The notes: a model not told the origin generated them from the sequence alone. A stretch of 64,000 bases of DNA from an uncultured Clostridium sp. (GCA_948442365.1 CAOJRU010000004.1:4304-68303); one strand, 5' to 3'. Positions 9,444 to 19,927 are shown, counted from the first letter of the stretch. Program-made: numbers and translations.

Positions 9444-10347
9444 GAAAAAAACTTTTACAACCAATCTAATCATTGATAATATTCCTCCAAATGGCTCATG
9501 GAAAGAAACTTCTATTGCTGATGGTAAATCCAAAGCAGAAATAACTTGTAACGAAGCTATACGACCTATTGTTGGTTGGAATATCTCTAACAATCATCAA
9601 TTGCTATCAAAAGAATTTCCTAATTCCGTATCTTATCCTTTACCAATTATGGATTTTGCTGAAAATTCTTCAGAAGTCATGGTTAACATTCAAAATGCAA
9701 CTTATGTTTCTCTTTACTATGGTGCTTATGACGAATACACCAATAAAACAACCATTGTTTCTGGCGGGAAAATATCAGATTTTAATACTGTTTCCTCTAA
9801 TACCATTTGCAAAACAGAAGCTATTTACATCAGAACCGTTGGTCTTTCTTTAGCCAATTGTCTACAAGCAAGAGCTTATCTTCATACTTATTGGGGAGAA
9901 GGCGCTCGTTCTTTTTGTCTATATTCAGAACTTCCCTATTATCATGGTTACAATCCTACTAATACTTCTAATTGGTGGAATGTTAATTATGAAAATGGTC
10001 TTAACTATTTAAAGAATTTTTATACACAATTAGGAGGAATTGGCGTAAATAGACCAAATAAGACTTCTTCTATTTATAAACCTATTCCCCCTGATATTGC
10101 CAAACAATACTTGTATGGCATCTCTGGTATTCAATTTAAATTAAAAAATTCTCCTGATTTATCTGTTGTTTATCAATCTTATGTAAAAGATGTTGGTTGG
10201 TTACCTGTTTCTTCTGACGGGGAAGAAAACTTGTATCAACATGATAAGCCTATTTCTTCCCTTCGTATTAATTTTGTTCCTAAGACAGAAAAACAATATT
10301 TAATAGATTTCTGGAATCGTGATATTGGAACCAATCATCTTGATTAA
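9418..10347 (+). pseudogene. 3' continuation of the secreted-protein gene in the +1 frame (frameshifted or pseudogenised)
   Basis: The frame is open from 9418. No Shine-Dalgarno precedes the TTG at 9601 or the ATG at 9649. It overlaps the end of 8994..9443 by 26 nt. Confidence 0.4.
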
Positions 10348-10348
10348 T

Positions 10349-10714
10349 CTATTTTTTGTTTACACCAATAATTCCACCCAAAATTCCAAATATCATTCCA
10401 ACAACTATCATAACGATACTTTGTATTTCTAATCCAAATTCCCAATTTAAAATACTAGAAATTAGATAGATTGTAAAAATATATAGTCCCCCTATTAATG
10501 CTCCATTTACTAAACCATTCTTTTTAATTTTTAGGTTTCCAATAGAACTTCCTATTAGGATACTAATAGCGGTTATGACTATAATGACAGGATTTATGAT
10601 GGTTTCACTTATTTCTGTGTAAGTAAGCATAGTTGCAAATATTAGTAATAAGATAAAGGTTGTAAGTAAAGATATTCCTACTCCTTTGGCAATATTGTTG
10701 ATGGTTTTTTCCAT
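10349..10714 (-). CDS. small integral membrane protein (3-4 TM)
   Basis: 121 aa, hydrophobic throughout, with Gly-rich TM segments. Confidence 0.5.
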   Translation of the reverse strand: MEKTINNIAKGVGISLLTTFILLLIFATMLTYTEISETIINPVIIVITAISILIGSSIGNLKIKKNGLVNGALIGGLYIFTIYLISSILNWEFGLEIQSIVMIVVGMIFGILGGIIGVNKK

Positions 10715-10895
10715 TTTTTCTCTCCTTTTTGCTTTTTGTTTAATTTATATGTGATATAAAAAAAAATAGAACTTTTCGATTAAGTTCTATTTTTAGTTTT
10801 TCCTAAATTATTAATATTTTTCTAATCCTTATTCTATGTTGTTTTATCATTTCTTCCAAAAATAAAAACGATAGCTCCGCTATCGTCCTTATTTT

Positions 10896-10970
10896 TGGCT
10901 GGGCTGGCTAGATTCGAACTAGCGCATGGTAGAGTCAAAGTCTACTGCCTTACCGCTTGGCTACAGCCCA
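10896..10970 (-). tRNA. tRNA-Gln (anticodon TTG)
   Basis: The reverse complement folds as a cloverleaf: GGGCTGT acceptor, anticodon loop CTTTGAC, T-arm GTTCGAATC, 3' CCA encoded. Confidence 0.8.
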
Positions 10971-10988
10971 ATATTAGCTTATATAAAA

Positions 10989-11066
10989 TGGGGTGGAAGA
11001 TGGGACTCGAACCCACGATCTCCAGTGCCACAAACTGGCGCGTTAACCAGCTACGCCACATCCACC
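10989..11066 (-). tRNA. tRNA-His (anticodon GTG) with an extra 5' G(-1)
   Basis: The reverse complement is GGTGGATGTGGCGTAGCTGGTTAACGCGCCAGTTTGTGGCACTGG...GGTTCGAGTCCCATCTTCCACCCCA. Anticodon loop TTGTGGC. G-1 pairs with the discriminator C, which is typical of tRNA-His. Confidence 0.8.
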
Positions 11067-11280
11067 ATTAATGTGTCTTTTCTTATTCATAATAAACACA
11101 TTAATTATTTTACCCTATCTCTACCCCATTTGTCAACTACTTTCTAAAAATATTTACTTCTTTTTAAATTATTTCTCCTTATTATTCATCCTACGTTTTT
11201 TCTTAACTAATAATTTAAAACCATAAACTTTAACTCTATGTTCAAAAAGAACTGTCCATCATGTACAATCAAAATAGCTC

Positions 11281-12069
11281 TTATTGTCCCATTGTACTTG
11301 GATCTATTCCATATTGTTTATACATCCAGGTCATATAATCAAAAGGTTCTAATGTTTCTGGTAATCCACAATCTGCTCCAAATGTTTCTACTTTAAGAGA
11401 TGTGATTTTAGGAGGATTAACTGGTGTACTAACTTCTGTATTTCCACTTTCTTCTGCATTATCTGCTGCTTTTACTTCTACTTCTTCTATTTTATGCACA
11501 ATGTCTAAACCTTCAATTACTTTACCAAATGCTGTATAATATCCATTTAATGACGTATTCGCTTTTGTCATAATAAAGAATTGTGAGCTTCCAGAATTAT
11601 ATGATTCTTTTGCCAATGTTGGAGAATATGAGGTATAATCACTTCTTGCCATTCCTAAAATTCCTTCTTCGAATTTTAATTTGTTCTTCGTTACACCATT
11701 CGCTATAAATTCACCTTTTATGGTATATTCTGTTTCGTCTCCATCGTCTTTTAAATCTGCTGTTGTAGCTGAACCTTGTCCTGTTCCCTCTTTATCTCCA
11801 CCTTGAATCATAAAGTCTTTTACAATTCTATGGAAAGTTAGTCCATCATAAAATCCTCTGTTAGCAAGTGTAGTAAAGTTTGCTACTGTTTGTGGTGCTA
11901 ATTCTGGATATAACTCTATTTTTATGGTTCCAAAATTTTCTACCTCCATTGTGGCTACTGGATTTTTTACCTCCATCGTCTCTTTTTTATAATATCCATA
12001 TCCTAATCCTGCTATTAATACTATTACCAAAATTAACGCAATTATCCATATTATATTTTTTGTTTTCAT
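11281..12069 (-). CDS. ppiB: peptidyl-prolyl cis-trans isomerase, cyclophilin type, with an N-terminal membrane anchor
   Basis: Cyclophilin signature HRIVKDFMIQGGD ... ILGMAR ... SQFFI. N-terminal TM IIWIIALILVIVLIAGL. Confidence 0.85.
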   Translation of the reverse strand: MKTKNIIWIIALILVIVLIAGLGYGYYKKETMEVKNPVATMEVENFGTIKIELYPELAPQTVANFTTLANRGFYDGLTFHRIVKDFMIQGGDKEGTGQGSATTADLKDDGDETEYTIKGEFIANGVTKNKLKFEEGILGMARSDYTSYSPTLAKESYNSGSSQFFIMTKANTSLNGYYTAFGKVIEGLDIVHKIEEVEVKAADNAEESGNTEVSTPVNPPKITSLKVETFGADCGLPETLEPFDYMTWMYKQYGIDPSTMGQ

Positions 12070-12135
12070 TTTCTCATTTCTCCTTTTCTTTTTATGGTAT
12101 CTACAACTTTTGGTTGGCTACCTATATTATCTAAT

Positions 12136-13203
12136 TTAGAATACAAATTGGTCTTGCATTCTTTTTAACGATTGTTTAATGGTTCTTGCCCTTACTTCTC
12201 CAATTCCGTCTACATCATCTAGACTTTCTATATCAGCATCCAATATGTGCTGGAAAGATTTAAAGGAATCAATTAAATTTTCTACAATGTTAGATGGCAT
12301 TCTTGGTATCTTATTTAAAATACGATACCCCTTTGTATAAACCCCCACTTCATCATAATTATCAAAATTTTCATAACCTAGTAATTTTGCAATTATATTT
12401 TCATTGGATAACTCTTCATATTCTAATACTCTTAATTTTTCTAGTATCTTTTCTGGCATTTGCTTTCTTCTCGTTGCTACTATATAATCTTTTATGATGT
12501 ATAATTCCTCTTTTTCCAGTCCTCCAATTAATTCTTCTAATTGCATTTCTACCAATCTTCCATCACTACCTAATTCATAGATTTGTCGCTGGATTTCTTC
12601 TACAATTCGCATTACCATTTCTGCTCTTTGAATGGCTACTAACACATTTTCCAATGTTACAATATCATTAAATTCGTATTCATTTAGTAAGCTTAGTTTA
12701 TTATCAAATACTTTTTTATATTTTTCTAATGTTTGTATCGCTTGATTTGCCTTATTCAATACAACATCGGTATCTTCTAATATATATCTATCATTCCCTT
12801 TAAATACCGTTATGATACTTCTTCTTTGTGAAATACTAATAACTAATTCTCCTGTTTGTTTGGCTGTCCTTTCTGCTGTTCTATGTCTTGTCCCTGTTTC
12901 TAAGGTTAGTATTTCTCTTGCTGGAATTAATTGTGCATTGGCATATAAAATTTTCTTTAAGTCTCCACTTAGTACAATCGCTCCATCCATTTTGGCTAAT
13001 TCATATAACTTAGCTGATGTATAATCTTCATTTATCGTAAATCCGCCATCTACAATCTCTTTTAATATTTGACTATTGTCTGTTATTAATAACAAAGCAC
13101 CTGTCTTTGCTCTTAATATGTTTTCTAGCCCATCTCTAATTGGTGTTCCTGGAGCAATTAATTTTAGAATTTCTGTAATATTGTCTTCTTTTCCTTTTAT
13201 CAA
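12136..13203 (-). CDS. disA: DNA integrity scanning protein DisA (diadenylate cyclase)
   Basis: N-terminal DAC domain (DGAIVLSGD ... TGTRHRTAERTAKQTG), a linker, and a C-terminal HhH region (DGIGEVRARTIKQSL). Confidence 0.9.
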   Translation of the reverse strand: MIKGKEDNITEILKLIAPGTPIRDGLENILRAKTGALLLITDNSQILKEIVDGGFTINEDYTSAKLYELAKMDGAIVLSGDLKKILYANAQLIPAREILTLETGTRHRTAERTAKQTGELVISISQRRSIITVFKGNDRYILEDTDVVLNKANQAIQTLEKYKKVFDNKLSLLNEYEFNDIVTLENVLVAIQRAEMVMRIVEEIQRQIYELGSDGRLVEMQLEELIGGLEKEELYIIKDYIVATRRKQMPEKILEKLRVLEYEELSNENIIAKLLGYENFDNYDEVGVYTKGYRILNKIPRMPSNIVENLIDSFKSFQHILDADIESLDDVDGIGEVRARTIKQSLKRMQDQFVF

Positions 13204-13256
13204 AATTACTCTCTCCTTCTTTTTCCCTCTCTTCTAAATTATTACCTTATTTATTT

Positions 13257-13329
13257 TCAAGTTTCGACTTTTTGTAAGTGTAAAAAAATTATATATTACA
13301 ACCTACACTTACAAAAAGCCGAAATTTGA
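13257..13329. repeat. intergenic hairpin repeat, family A copy 2, in the radA-disA spacer
   Basis: tcaagtttcgactttttgtaagtgt ... acacttacaaaaagccgaaatttga, 23 of 25 complementary. The loop aaaaaaattatatattacaacct resembles the copy 1 loop. Confidence 0.6.
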
Positions 13330-13335
13330 ATTTTT

Positions 13336-14704
13336 TTATCCTATTGCTTTTTTGATTGCTTCCTTTACATTTCCAACGCCTATTATATCTAATTTATATT
13401 TATCTTTCAAGTCTTTTTTGTTACTTTCTGGAATAATACAAGATTTAAAGCCTAAACGTTCCGCTTCTTTTAGTCTTTTTTCGATTAAATTAATTCTTCT
13501 AACTTCCCCTGTCAAGCCAACTTCTCCCATAATTACCATATCTTTTGGAATAGGACTATTTTTAAAGCTAGAAGTTGTTGCCATAATAATTCCTAAATCA
13601 ATAGAAGGCTCATTAATTTTTAATCCACCAGCTACATTTAAGTAAACATCTTGTGTTCCTAACATAAGTCCTGCCTTTTTTTCCAAGACAGCAATTAGTA
13701 AAGATAATCTATTAAAATCAATTCCATTGGCTGTTCTTTTCGCATAACCAAAAGCAGTTTGTGCCGTCAAAGCCTGCAATTCCACTAAAATTGGTCTTGT
13801 CCCTTCCATACTAGAAACAATGCAAGAACCGGATGGATTATCTTCTCGTTCTGAAATCAAAACATCAGATGGATTTGTAATTTCGCACATTCCCTCTTCT
13901 CTCATCTCAAACATGCCAATTTCATTTGTAGAACCAAATCTATTTTTTACACCTCTTAAAATTCGATAAGAAAAATATCTTTCTCCTTCTAGATACAGAA
14001 CCGTATCTACCATATGTTCTAACACTCGTGGACCTGCAATATTGCCTTCTTTGGTAACATGTCCAATAATAATGGTAGTAATGGCCCTAGATTTGCAAAC
14101 TCTCATAACTTGAGAAGTAATTTCTCTTACTTGACTCACACTTCCAGCTGCTGCTGATAATTCTTCTGAATACATTGTTTGAATGGAATCAATAATAACT
14201 AATTTAGGGTTATTATCTATAATTGCTTGATTTACAATATCAATATCGGTTTCCCCTAAAAATAAAATATCCTCATTATTGATATGCAATCGATCTGCTC
14301 TCATTTTTATCTGTTCGGCTGATTCTTCTCCTGAAACATATAAGACTTTTCCTTCTCCTTTTACTTTATCACAAATTTGAAGAATTAAGGTAGACTTTCC
14401 AATTCCTGGTTCTCCTCCGCAACAAAACAAGTGAACCTTTTACTAATCCGCCACCTAACACATTATCCAATTCTCCAAATCCAGTGGAAGTTCTTATGGT
14501 TTCCTTTGCCTCATAAGAATTTAACTTTTGTGGTATATTGCTTCTAACATCTTTTGACTTTAAACTGCTATTTTTGCTTTCTACTATTTTTTGTTCAAAA
14601 AAACTGTTCCAATTATTACAAGCTGGACACTTACCTAGCCATTTACTTGACTCATTTCCACATTCATTACATACAAAAATTGTTTTACTTTTTGCCATGT
14701 CCAT
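13336..14704 (-). CDS. radA: DNA repair protein RadA/Sms, split by a single-base frameshift near 14433
   Basis: ORF 14369..14704 encodes the zinc-ribbon N-terminus (FVCNECGNESSKWLGKCPACNNWNSF ... ELDNVLGGGLVKGSLVL). ORF 13336..14430 resumes one frame over with CCGGEPGIGKSTL (Walker A) and the Lon-like C-terminal domain. Removing one T from the T-run restores GSLV-CGGEPGIGKST. Confidence 0.85.
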
Positions 14705-15059
14705 TGGGGATGGTTCTTTATGGACATTGTATTCCTTGTTAGAACCACGTTCGTTACAGGTGTTACCTGTAATGCAATATGTTTTTCCTTTTCAATCCCA
14801 TATTTTGGAACGTTTCCCCTCCTCCTTTCGTTACTTTTTTGTTTAATTACTCTTTCTACTTAAACCTATCTTTCTTGGTTATTCTATTTACCTCTACTCT
14901 ATTAAAACAAAAAAAGTATAGCATAATTTGGTTTAATTTGCTATACTTTTTAATTAATTCACTGAAAAATTACAATCTCTTGATTTTTTTATCCTATTTT
15001 TTCGTGTTATCTATTTAAAATGCTACAGCTAGCAATCCCAGCTGGACATCAAACAGATA

Positions 15060-15386
15060 TTATTTGCTTCTAAAAGAAACTTCTTGGAATAAGAAATCAT
15101 GTACTTTTTCCCAAGTAATTTCTTGGTGTAAAAATTCGTTGATTTCATCTTCTACTTTTTGTTGATATGGCGTTAATTCAACTTTTATTTCTCTGTTCCA
15201 ATCTATATCTTGTAACCAAAATGCTTTGAATTTGTTCCATAATCCTACTTTAGCTGGCAAGTTTCCTCCTGCTTGTCTAATGGTTCCTGCATTTTCTTGT
15301 ACTGGCTCAGCATTTCCTTCTAATCCGTTTAATTCTACTCCTCCAAATACTCCTGATACTTTGTTTACTTCTCCTAAATCTGCCAT
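15060..15386 (-). CDS. hypothetical protein with a Gly-rich N-terminal region and a charged C-terminal region
   Basis: 108-aa ORF MADLGEVNKVSGVFGGVELNGLEGNAEPVQENAGTIRQAGGNLPAKVGLW... No family recognised. Confidence 0.4.
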   Translation of the reverse strand: MADLGEVNKVSGVFGGVELNGLEGNAEPVQENAGTIRQAGGNLPAKVGLWNKFKAFWLQDIDWNREIKVELTPYQQKVEDEINEFLHQEITWEKVHDFLFQEVSFRSK

Positions 15387-15583
15387 TTTCTATTTCCTCC
15401 TTCGTGATTTATACCTATTATTGTTTTAGTTATACTATATATCTTTAGAATTAGCAAGTGATTTAGCAGATTTTAATATTAAATGTTTGTTACACATTTA
15501 TTACACTTTTATTACATTTTTATATTTAATCTCATTCCTTCTAAATGAAATCTGATATTACCAAAATTCTAATTATATTTTTT

Positions 15584-16876
15584 TCAATCTTCTACTACTA
15601 TATGTTCTACATCATAGCTAATACATTTGCTGCTTATGATTTGATTTTCTAAGTTCTCCTTACTTTTTACACATGCCAAAATATAATTTTTTGTGTGTCC
15701 TTGATAAAATCCATTTTTTTCTTCTTCCCACAATATTTCAACTTCTTTTCCTACATATTTTTTATGATAGACTTCTTGATTGTTGTTCGATAATTCAATA
15801 AGTCTTTGACTTCTTTCTTCTTTTACTTTTCCGTCGATTTGTCCTTTCATTTGTGCTGCTTTGGTTCCTTTTCTTGGAGAATATTTAAATACATGCATTT
15901 TATAAAATTTGATTTCTTCCAAAAATTTATAAGTTTTTTCAAATTCTTCCTTACTTTCTTGCGGAAATCCAACAATGATGTCAGTTGTTAATATAACGTC
16001 TTTATAGACCTGTCTTAGTCTTTCTACTATTTCTTTAAACTCTTTTATGGTATATCTTCGGTTCATTCTTCTTAAGGTTTCATCACATCCACTTTGTAGG
16101 GATAAATGAAAATGATGGCATATTTTTTCTAACTTTGATAATCTTTCTACAAATTCTTTTGTTATCAATAATGGCTCAATGGAACCTAATCGAATTCTTT
16201 GTATTCCCTCTACTTGGTTGATTTCTTCTAATAAATCGATTAATTGATATTCTTCTTTGAAATCTTTTCCATAGGAAGCAATATGAATTCCTGTAATGAC
16301 TACTTCTTTGATTCCTTTTTGTGCTATTTTTTCGATTTCTCCTATTATTTTCTCTGGTTCTCTACTTCTTACCCTCCCTCTCGCATAGGGAATGATACAA
16401 TAAGAACAAAATCGATCACAACCATCTTGTACCTTGATAACCGCTCTTGTTTTTTCTGTATAAGTAGTTTCTCCTAATTCTACATATTCTTTTTGCATCA
16501 TAACATCTTCTATTTCGTGACATTTTTTCTTTTCTTTTAAGTATCTTTCTACTACTTCTACTATTTCTTTTTTTTCATTATTTCCTAATATTAGATCCAG
16601 TTCTTTTACCTTTTGTATTTCCTCTTTGGCTACTTGTACATAACATCCACATGCTACTACAATAGCTTCCTGATTTTGCTCTTTGACTCTTCTTAACATT
16701 TGCCTGGATTTTCGATCTGACATATTGGTTACTGTACAAGTATTTACAATATAAATATCAGCTTTTTGGGTAGATTCTACTATTTCATATTCCTTTTGTA
16801 TAAATTGCTGTATCATGGCATTTGTCTCATATTGGTTCACTTTACAACCTAGTGTAATAAATGCTACTTTTTTCAC
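15584..16876 (-). CDS. mtaB: radical-SAM methylthiotransferase, MtaB/MiaB-like (tRNA t6A37 methylthiotransferase family)
   Basis: N-terminal MTTase domain (FITLGCKVNQYE ... CTVT), radical SAM CxxxCxxC (CDRFCSYC) and a TRAM-like C-terminus. 430 aa. Confidence 0.8.
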   Translation of the reverse strand: MKKVAFITLGCKVNQYETNAMIQQFIQKEYEIVESTQKADIYIVNTCTVTNMSDRKSRQMLRRVKEQNQEAIVVACGCYVQVAKEEIQKVKELDLILGNNEKKEIVEVVERYLKEKKKCHEIEDVMMQKEYVELGETTYTEKTRAVIKVQDGCDRFCSYCIIPYARGRVRSREPEKIIGEIEKIAQKGIKEVVITGIHIASYGKDFKEEYQLIDLLEEINQVEGIQRIRLGSIEPLLITKEFVERLSKLEKICHHFHLSLQSGCDETLRRMNRRYTIKEFKEIVERLRQVYKDVILTTDIIVGFPQESKEEFEKTYKFLEEIKFYKMHVFKYSPRKGTKAAQMKGQIDGKVKEERSQRLIELSNNNQEVYHKKYVGKEVEILWEEEKNGFYQGHTKNYILACVKSKENLENQIISSKCISYDVEHIVVED

Positions 16877-16984
16877 TTTATTATCCTTCCTTTCTTAAGA
16901 TACAAATCTGGTTGAAAAAGAGCATCTTGAAAGATGCCCCTTTACTATCTTCATTCTATTGGTTATTACTAATTTAAGATGTAT

Positions 16985-17992
16985 TTATTTTCCTTTTCCT
17001 TCTAGTGCATCTAAGTTGTCTAATGCTTTTCCAGTTCCTAATGCTACACAAGATACGGTATCTTGTGCGATCATGACATTAATTCCCATTCTTTCTTGTA
17101 ATAGCTTGTCTAATCCATCTACTAAACAACCTCCACCTGTCATATAAATTCCTTTGTCACTGATATCTGCTGCTAATTCTGGTGGCGTTTTTTCTAGTAC
17201 AGAATGGACGGCATCTACTATCATCATGGCTGGCTCCATTAAAGCTTCTAACATCTCGCTTGAACGAATATTGATTGTCTTTGGAAGTCCTGTTATTAAA
17301 TCTCTTCCTCTAATATCCATGTCGATGTCTTGTATTTTAGGGAATACACATCCTATATTTACTTTCAAGTCTTCTGCTGTTCTTTCTCCTATCATAATAT
17401 TGTGCTTTCTTTTGATATATTTTACAATCGCTTCATCAAATTTATCTCCTGCTACTTTAAGAGAAGTGTTGACAACAGATCCTCCCAAAGATATTACCGC
17501 AATGTCTGTTGTTCCCCCTCCAATATCAACTACCATATTTCCACATGGTTTTGAAATATCGATTCCAGCTCCAATGGCTGCTGCAATTGGTTCTTCAATT
17601 AAATATACTTTTCTAGCACCTGCTTGAGAAGCCGCATCAATAACTGCTTTTTTCTCTACTTCTGTTACTTGTGAAGGAATACATATCATAATTCTAGGAG
17701 CAAAAAGAAATTTTCCGCAAACTTTATTAATAAAATGTTTTAACATTTTTTCTGTTACGGTATAGTCAGATATTACACCATCTCTCAATGGTCTGGTTGC
17801 TACAATATTTCCGGGTGTTCTTCCAAGCATTCTTCTTGCTTCTTGTCCTACAGCTAATACTTCTCCTGTATTATTATCAACTGCTACAACAGATGGCTCT
17901 CTTAATACAATTCCTTTTCCTTTTACATAAGCAATTACTGTTGCTGTTCCTAAATCGATTCCTATATCTTGTCCAAACCCCAATTTAAACAT
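16985..17992 (-). CDS. mreB: rod shape-determining protein MreB/Mbl (actin homologue)
   Basis: GIDLGTATVIAYV ... VVDIGGGTTDIAVISLGG ... MTGGG actin-fold motifs. 335 aa. Confidence 0.9.
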   Translation of the reverse strand: MFKLGFGQDIGIDLGTATVIAYVKGKGIVLREPSVVAVDNNTGEVLAVGQEARRMLGRTPGNIVATRPLRDGVISDYTVTEKMLKHFINKVCGKFLFAPRIMICIPSQVTEVEKKAVIDAASQAGARKVYLIEEPIAAAIGAGIDISKPCGNMVVDIGGGTTDIAVISLGGSVVNTSLKVAGDKFDEAIVKYIKRKHNIMIGERTAEDLKVNIGCVFPKIQDIDMDIRGRDLITGLPKTINIRSSEMLEALMEPAMMIVDAVHSVLEKTPPELAADISDKGIYMTGGGCLVDGLDKLLQERMGINVMIAQDTVSCVALGTGKALDNLDALEGKGK

Positions 17993-18312
17993 TGCTTCTC
18001 TTCCCTTCTTGTTTACATTTCTTTTTTATTACAAATTTGTTACAATTATATTACAAGCTTTTTAATTTATCAAGACTTTTCATTGAATTTTTTTATTTTT
18101 TATATTATAATATTTAAAAATAGTACGTTTTGGTTGTTTCAAAGTTCACTTTCACCTCTTGGGATAGGACAATTTGCCTTTTCTTATGACTTCTTGATTG
18201 GAACGAGAAAGAGAAATGGTTAGTAAGAAAATGAAGAATGTTCAAGGCAAAAGCAATGTTTTATCTATGAAAGAATCAAAACTTAATTTAAACGTATGGA
18301 CAGGAGGTAATT

Positions 18313-18780
18313 ATGAGTCATTTTCAAATCATTTCTAAAAACGAAAGTGATACCAAAAATTTTGCAAAATCGCTAGCTTCGCATTTAACAAAACAAGATA
18401 TTCTTGTTCTTACTGGTGATTTAGGTTCTGGAAAAACAAAATTCACAGAAGGTATTTTAAGTTATTTTGGTTTAGAAAATGAAATTTCCAGCCCAACATT
18501 TACCATCGTAAATGAATATAAAAAAGATGCTATTACAATTTATCATTTTGATGTATACCGTCTAGAAGATTCTTCTGAATTCTATGAAATTGGTGGAGAA
18601 GAATATTTGGGAAATGGCATTTGCTTAATTGAATGGGGAGAATTAATTGAAGATGCGCTACCAAAACAATATGTTCATATTACTTTTGAAAAAGATGATT
18701 TCGATGAAAATGTTAGAATTCTAAACATAGATACTACTATACAAAAATGGGAGGATTATTTTGAAAATATTAAGTATTGA
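18313..18780 (+). CDS. tsaE: tRNA threonylcarbamoyladenosine biosynthesis protein TsaE (YjeE ATPase)
   Basis: P-loop LTGDLGSGKTKFTEGI and SPTFTIVNEY, 155 aa. It overlaps the downstream tsaB start by 20 nt. Confidence 0.85.
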   Translation: MSHFQIISKNESDTKNFAKSLASHLTKQDILVLTGDLGSGKTKFTEGILSYFGLENEISSPTFTIVNEYKKDAITIYHFDVYRLEDSSEFYEIGGEEYLGNGICLIEWGELIEDALPKQYVHITFEKDDFDENVRILNIDTTIQKWEDYFENIKY

Positions 18781-19885
18781 TACAGCAAGTCAAATTTGTG
18801 GCGTTTCCCTTCTAGAAAATTCCAATTTAATTGGTAATTTCGATCAAGATACAGGAAGAACACACTCTGAGAACTTAATGCCTATGATTGAACAAGCTCT
18901 TAAACAATGTGATTTAACTTTAAAAGATATAGATTTATTAGTTTGTGACAAGGGACCTGGATCTTTTACTGGTATTCGTATTGGAATAGCAACTGTAAAA
19001 GCTTTTCATGATAGCTTATCCATTCCTTGTGTTGGTGTTAGTTCTTTAGAAGCCTTAGCCTATGCTATTAAAAAAGAAGGATTTATTGTAACTCTTTTAG
19101 ATTGTAAAAATAATAATTGTTATTTTGCCTTATATGAATTTAAAAATTCTCAGTACACTGAAATTATTATGCCTTCTACTGATACCATTGAAAATTCTCT
19201 AAAAATCTGTCTACAAAATATATCCCATGATTCTTCTATTACCTTTGTTGGCGATGGTTCTATCATTTACAAAGAATTTATTGCTAGTCAATGTAAAAAC
19301 TGCTATTTTGCTACTTCTGAAAATAATGTATTGAATTCTTATTATTTGGGATTAGCTGGTTTGGATAAATTTAGAAAAAAGGAAGGCAAAGAGGTCTTGC
19401 CTTTATATTTAAAAAAACCGCAGGCCCAGAGGCAATTGGAAGAAAAATTTAAAAATATTACGATTGCTACCATGACACAAGAAGACTTAAATCAAATCTC
19501 TAATACTTTACTTTCTCATTTCGATGAATTTTGGAGCTACGATCTACTAAAAGAGGAATTAAATGCTAAGAATTCTAATTATCTAGTTGCTAAATTCAAT
19601 AACGAAGTGGTTGGATTTGCTGGTATTAAAATCATGGTTGAGGAAGCTGATATTATGAATATTGTCGTTCGAAAAGATTTTAGAAATCAGGGAATTGGTG
19701 GCTTATTACTAAAAAACTTGATTGACTTATCAAAAAAACAAAATTTAACTTCTGTTACTTTAGAAGTTATGGAAGAAAATTATCCTGCTATTCATTTATA
19801 TAAAAACTTCGGTTTTGAACAAATTGGGCTTCGAAAAAACTATTATAAAGATAAAAATGGACTTATTATGAAAAAAGTTATCTAA
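18761..19885 (+). CDS. tsaB: TsaB (YeaZ)-RimI fusion: t6A tRNA modification protein fused to a ribosomal-protein-alanine N-acetyltransferase (GNAT)
   Basis: N-terminus ILSIDTASQICGVSLLEN ... GPGSFTGIRIGIATVKAF (TsaB). C-terminus VGFAGIKIMVEEADIMNIVVRKDFRNQGIGGLLL ... YKNFGF (GNAT/RimI). One continuous 374-aa ORF. Confidence 0.8.
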   Translation: MKILSIDTASQICGVSLLENSNLIGNFDQDTGRTHSENLMPMIEQALKQCDLTLKDIDLLVCDKGPGSFTGIRIGIATVKAFHDSLSIPCVGVSSLEALAYAIKKEGFIVTLLDCKNNNCYFALYEFKNSQYTEIIMPSTDTIENSLKICLQNISHDSSITFVGDGSIIYKEFIASQCKNCYFATSENNVLNSYYLGLAGLDKFRKKEGKEVLPLYLKKPQAQRQLEEKFKNITIATMTQEDLNQISNTLLSHFDEFWSYDLLKEELNAKNSNYLVAKFNNEVVGFAGIKIMVEEADIMNIVVRKDFRNQGIGGLLLKNLIDLSKKQNLTSVTLEVMEENYPAIHLYKNFGFEQIGLRKNYYKDKNGLIMKKVI

Positions 19886-19927
19886 CATTTAAACTTGGAC
19901 CCATTGGCAACCATTAAGGAGGATTCA

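Noticed and set aside
10926-11147. Plus-strand 73-aa ORF
   Set aside because: It overlaps tRNA-Gln and tRNA-His on the opposite strand and has no RBS.
14538-14846. Plus-strand ORFs 14538..14846 and 14554..14742
   Set aside because: They are antisense to the radA N-terminal region and the radA upstream spacer, with no RBS, and are AT-rich spurious frames.
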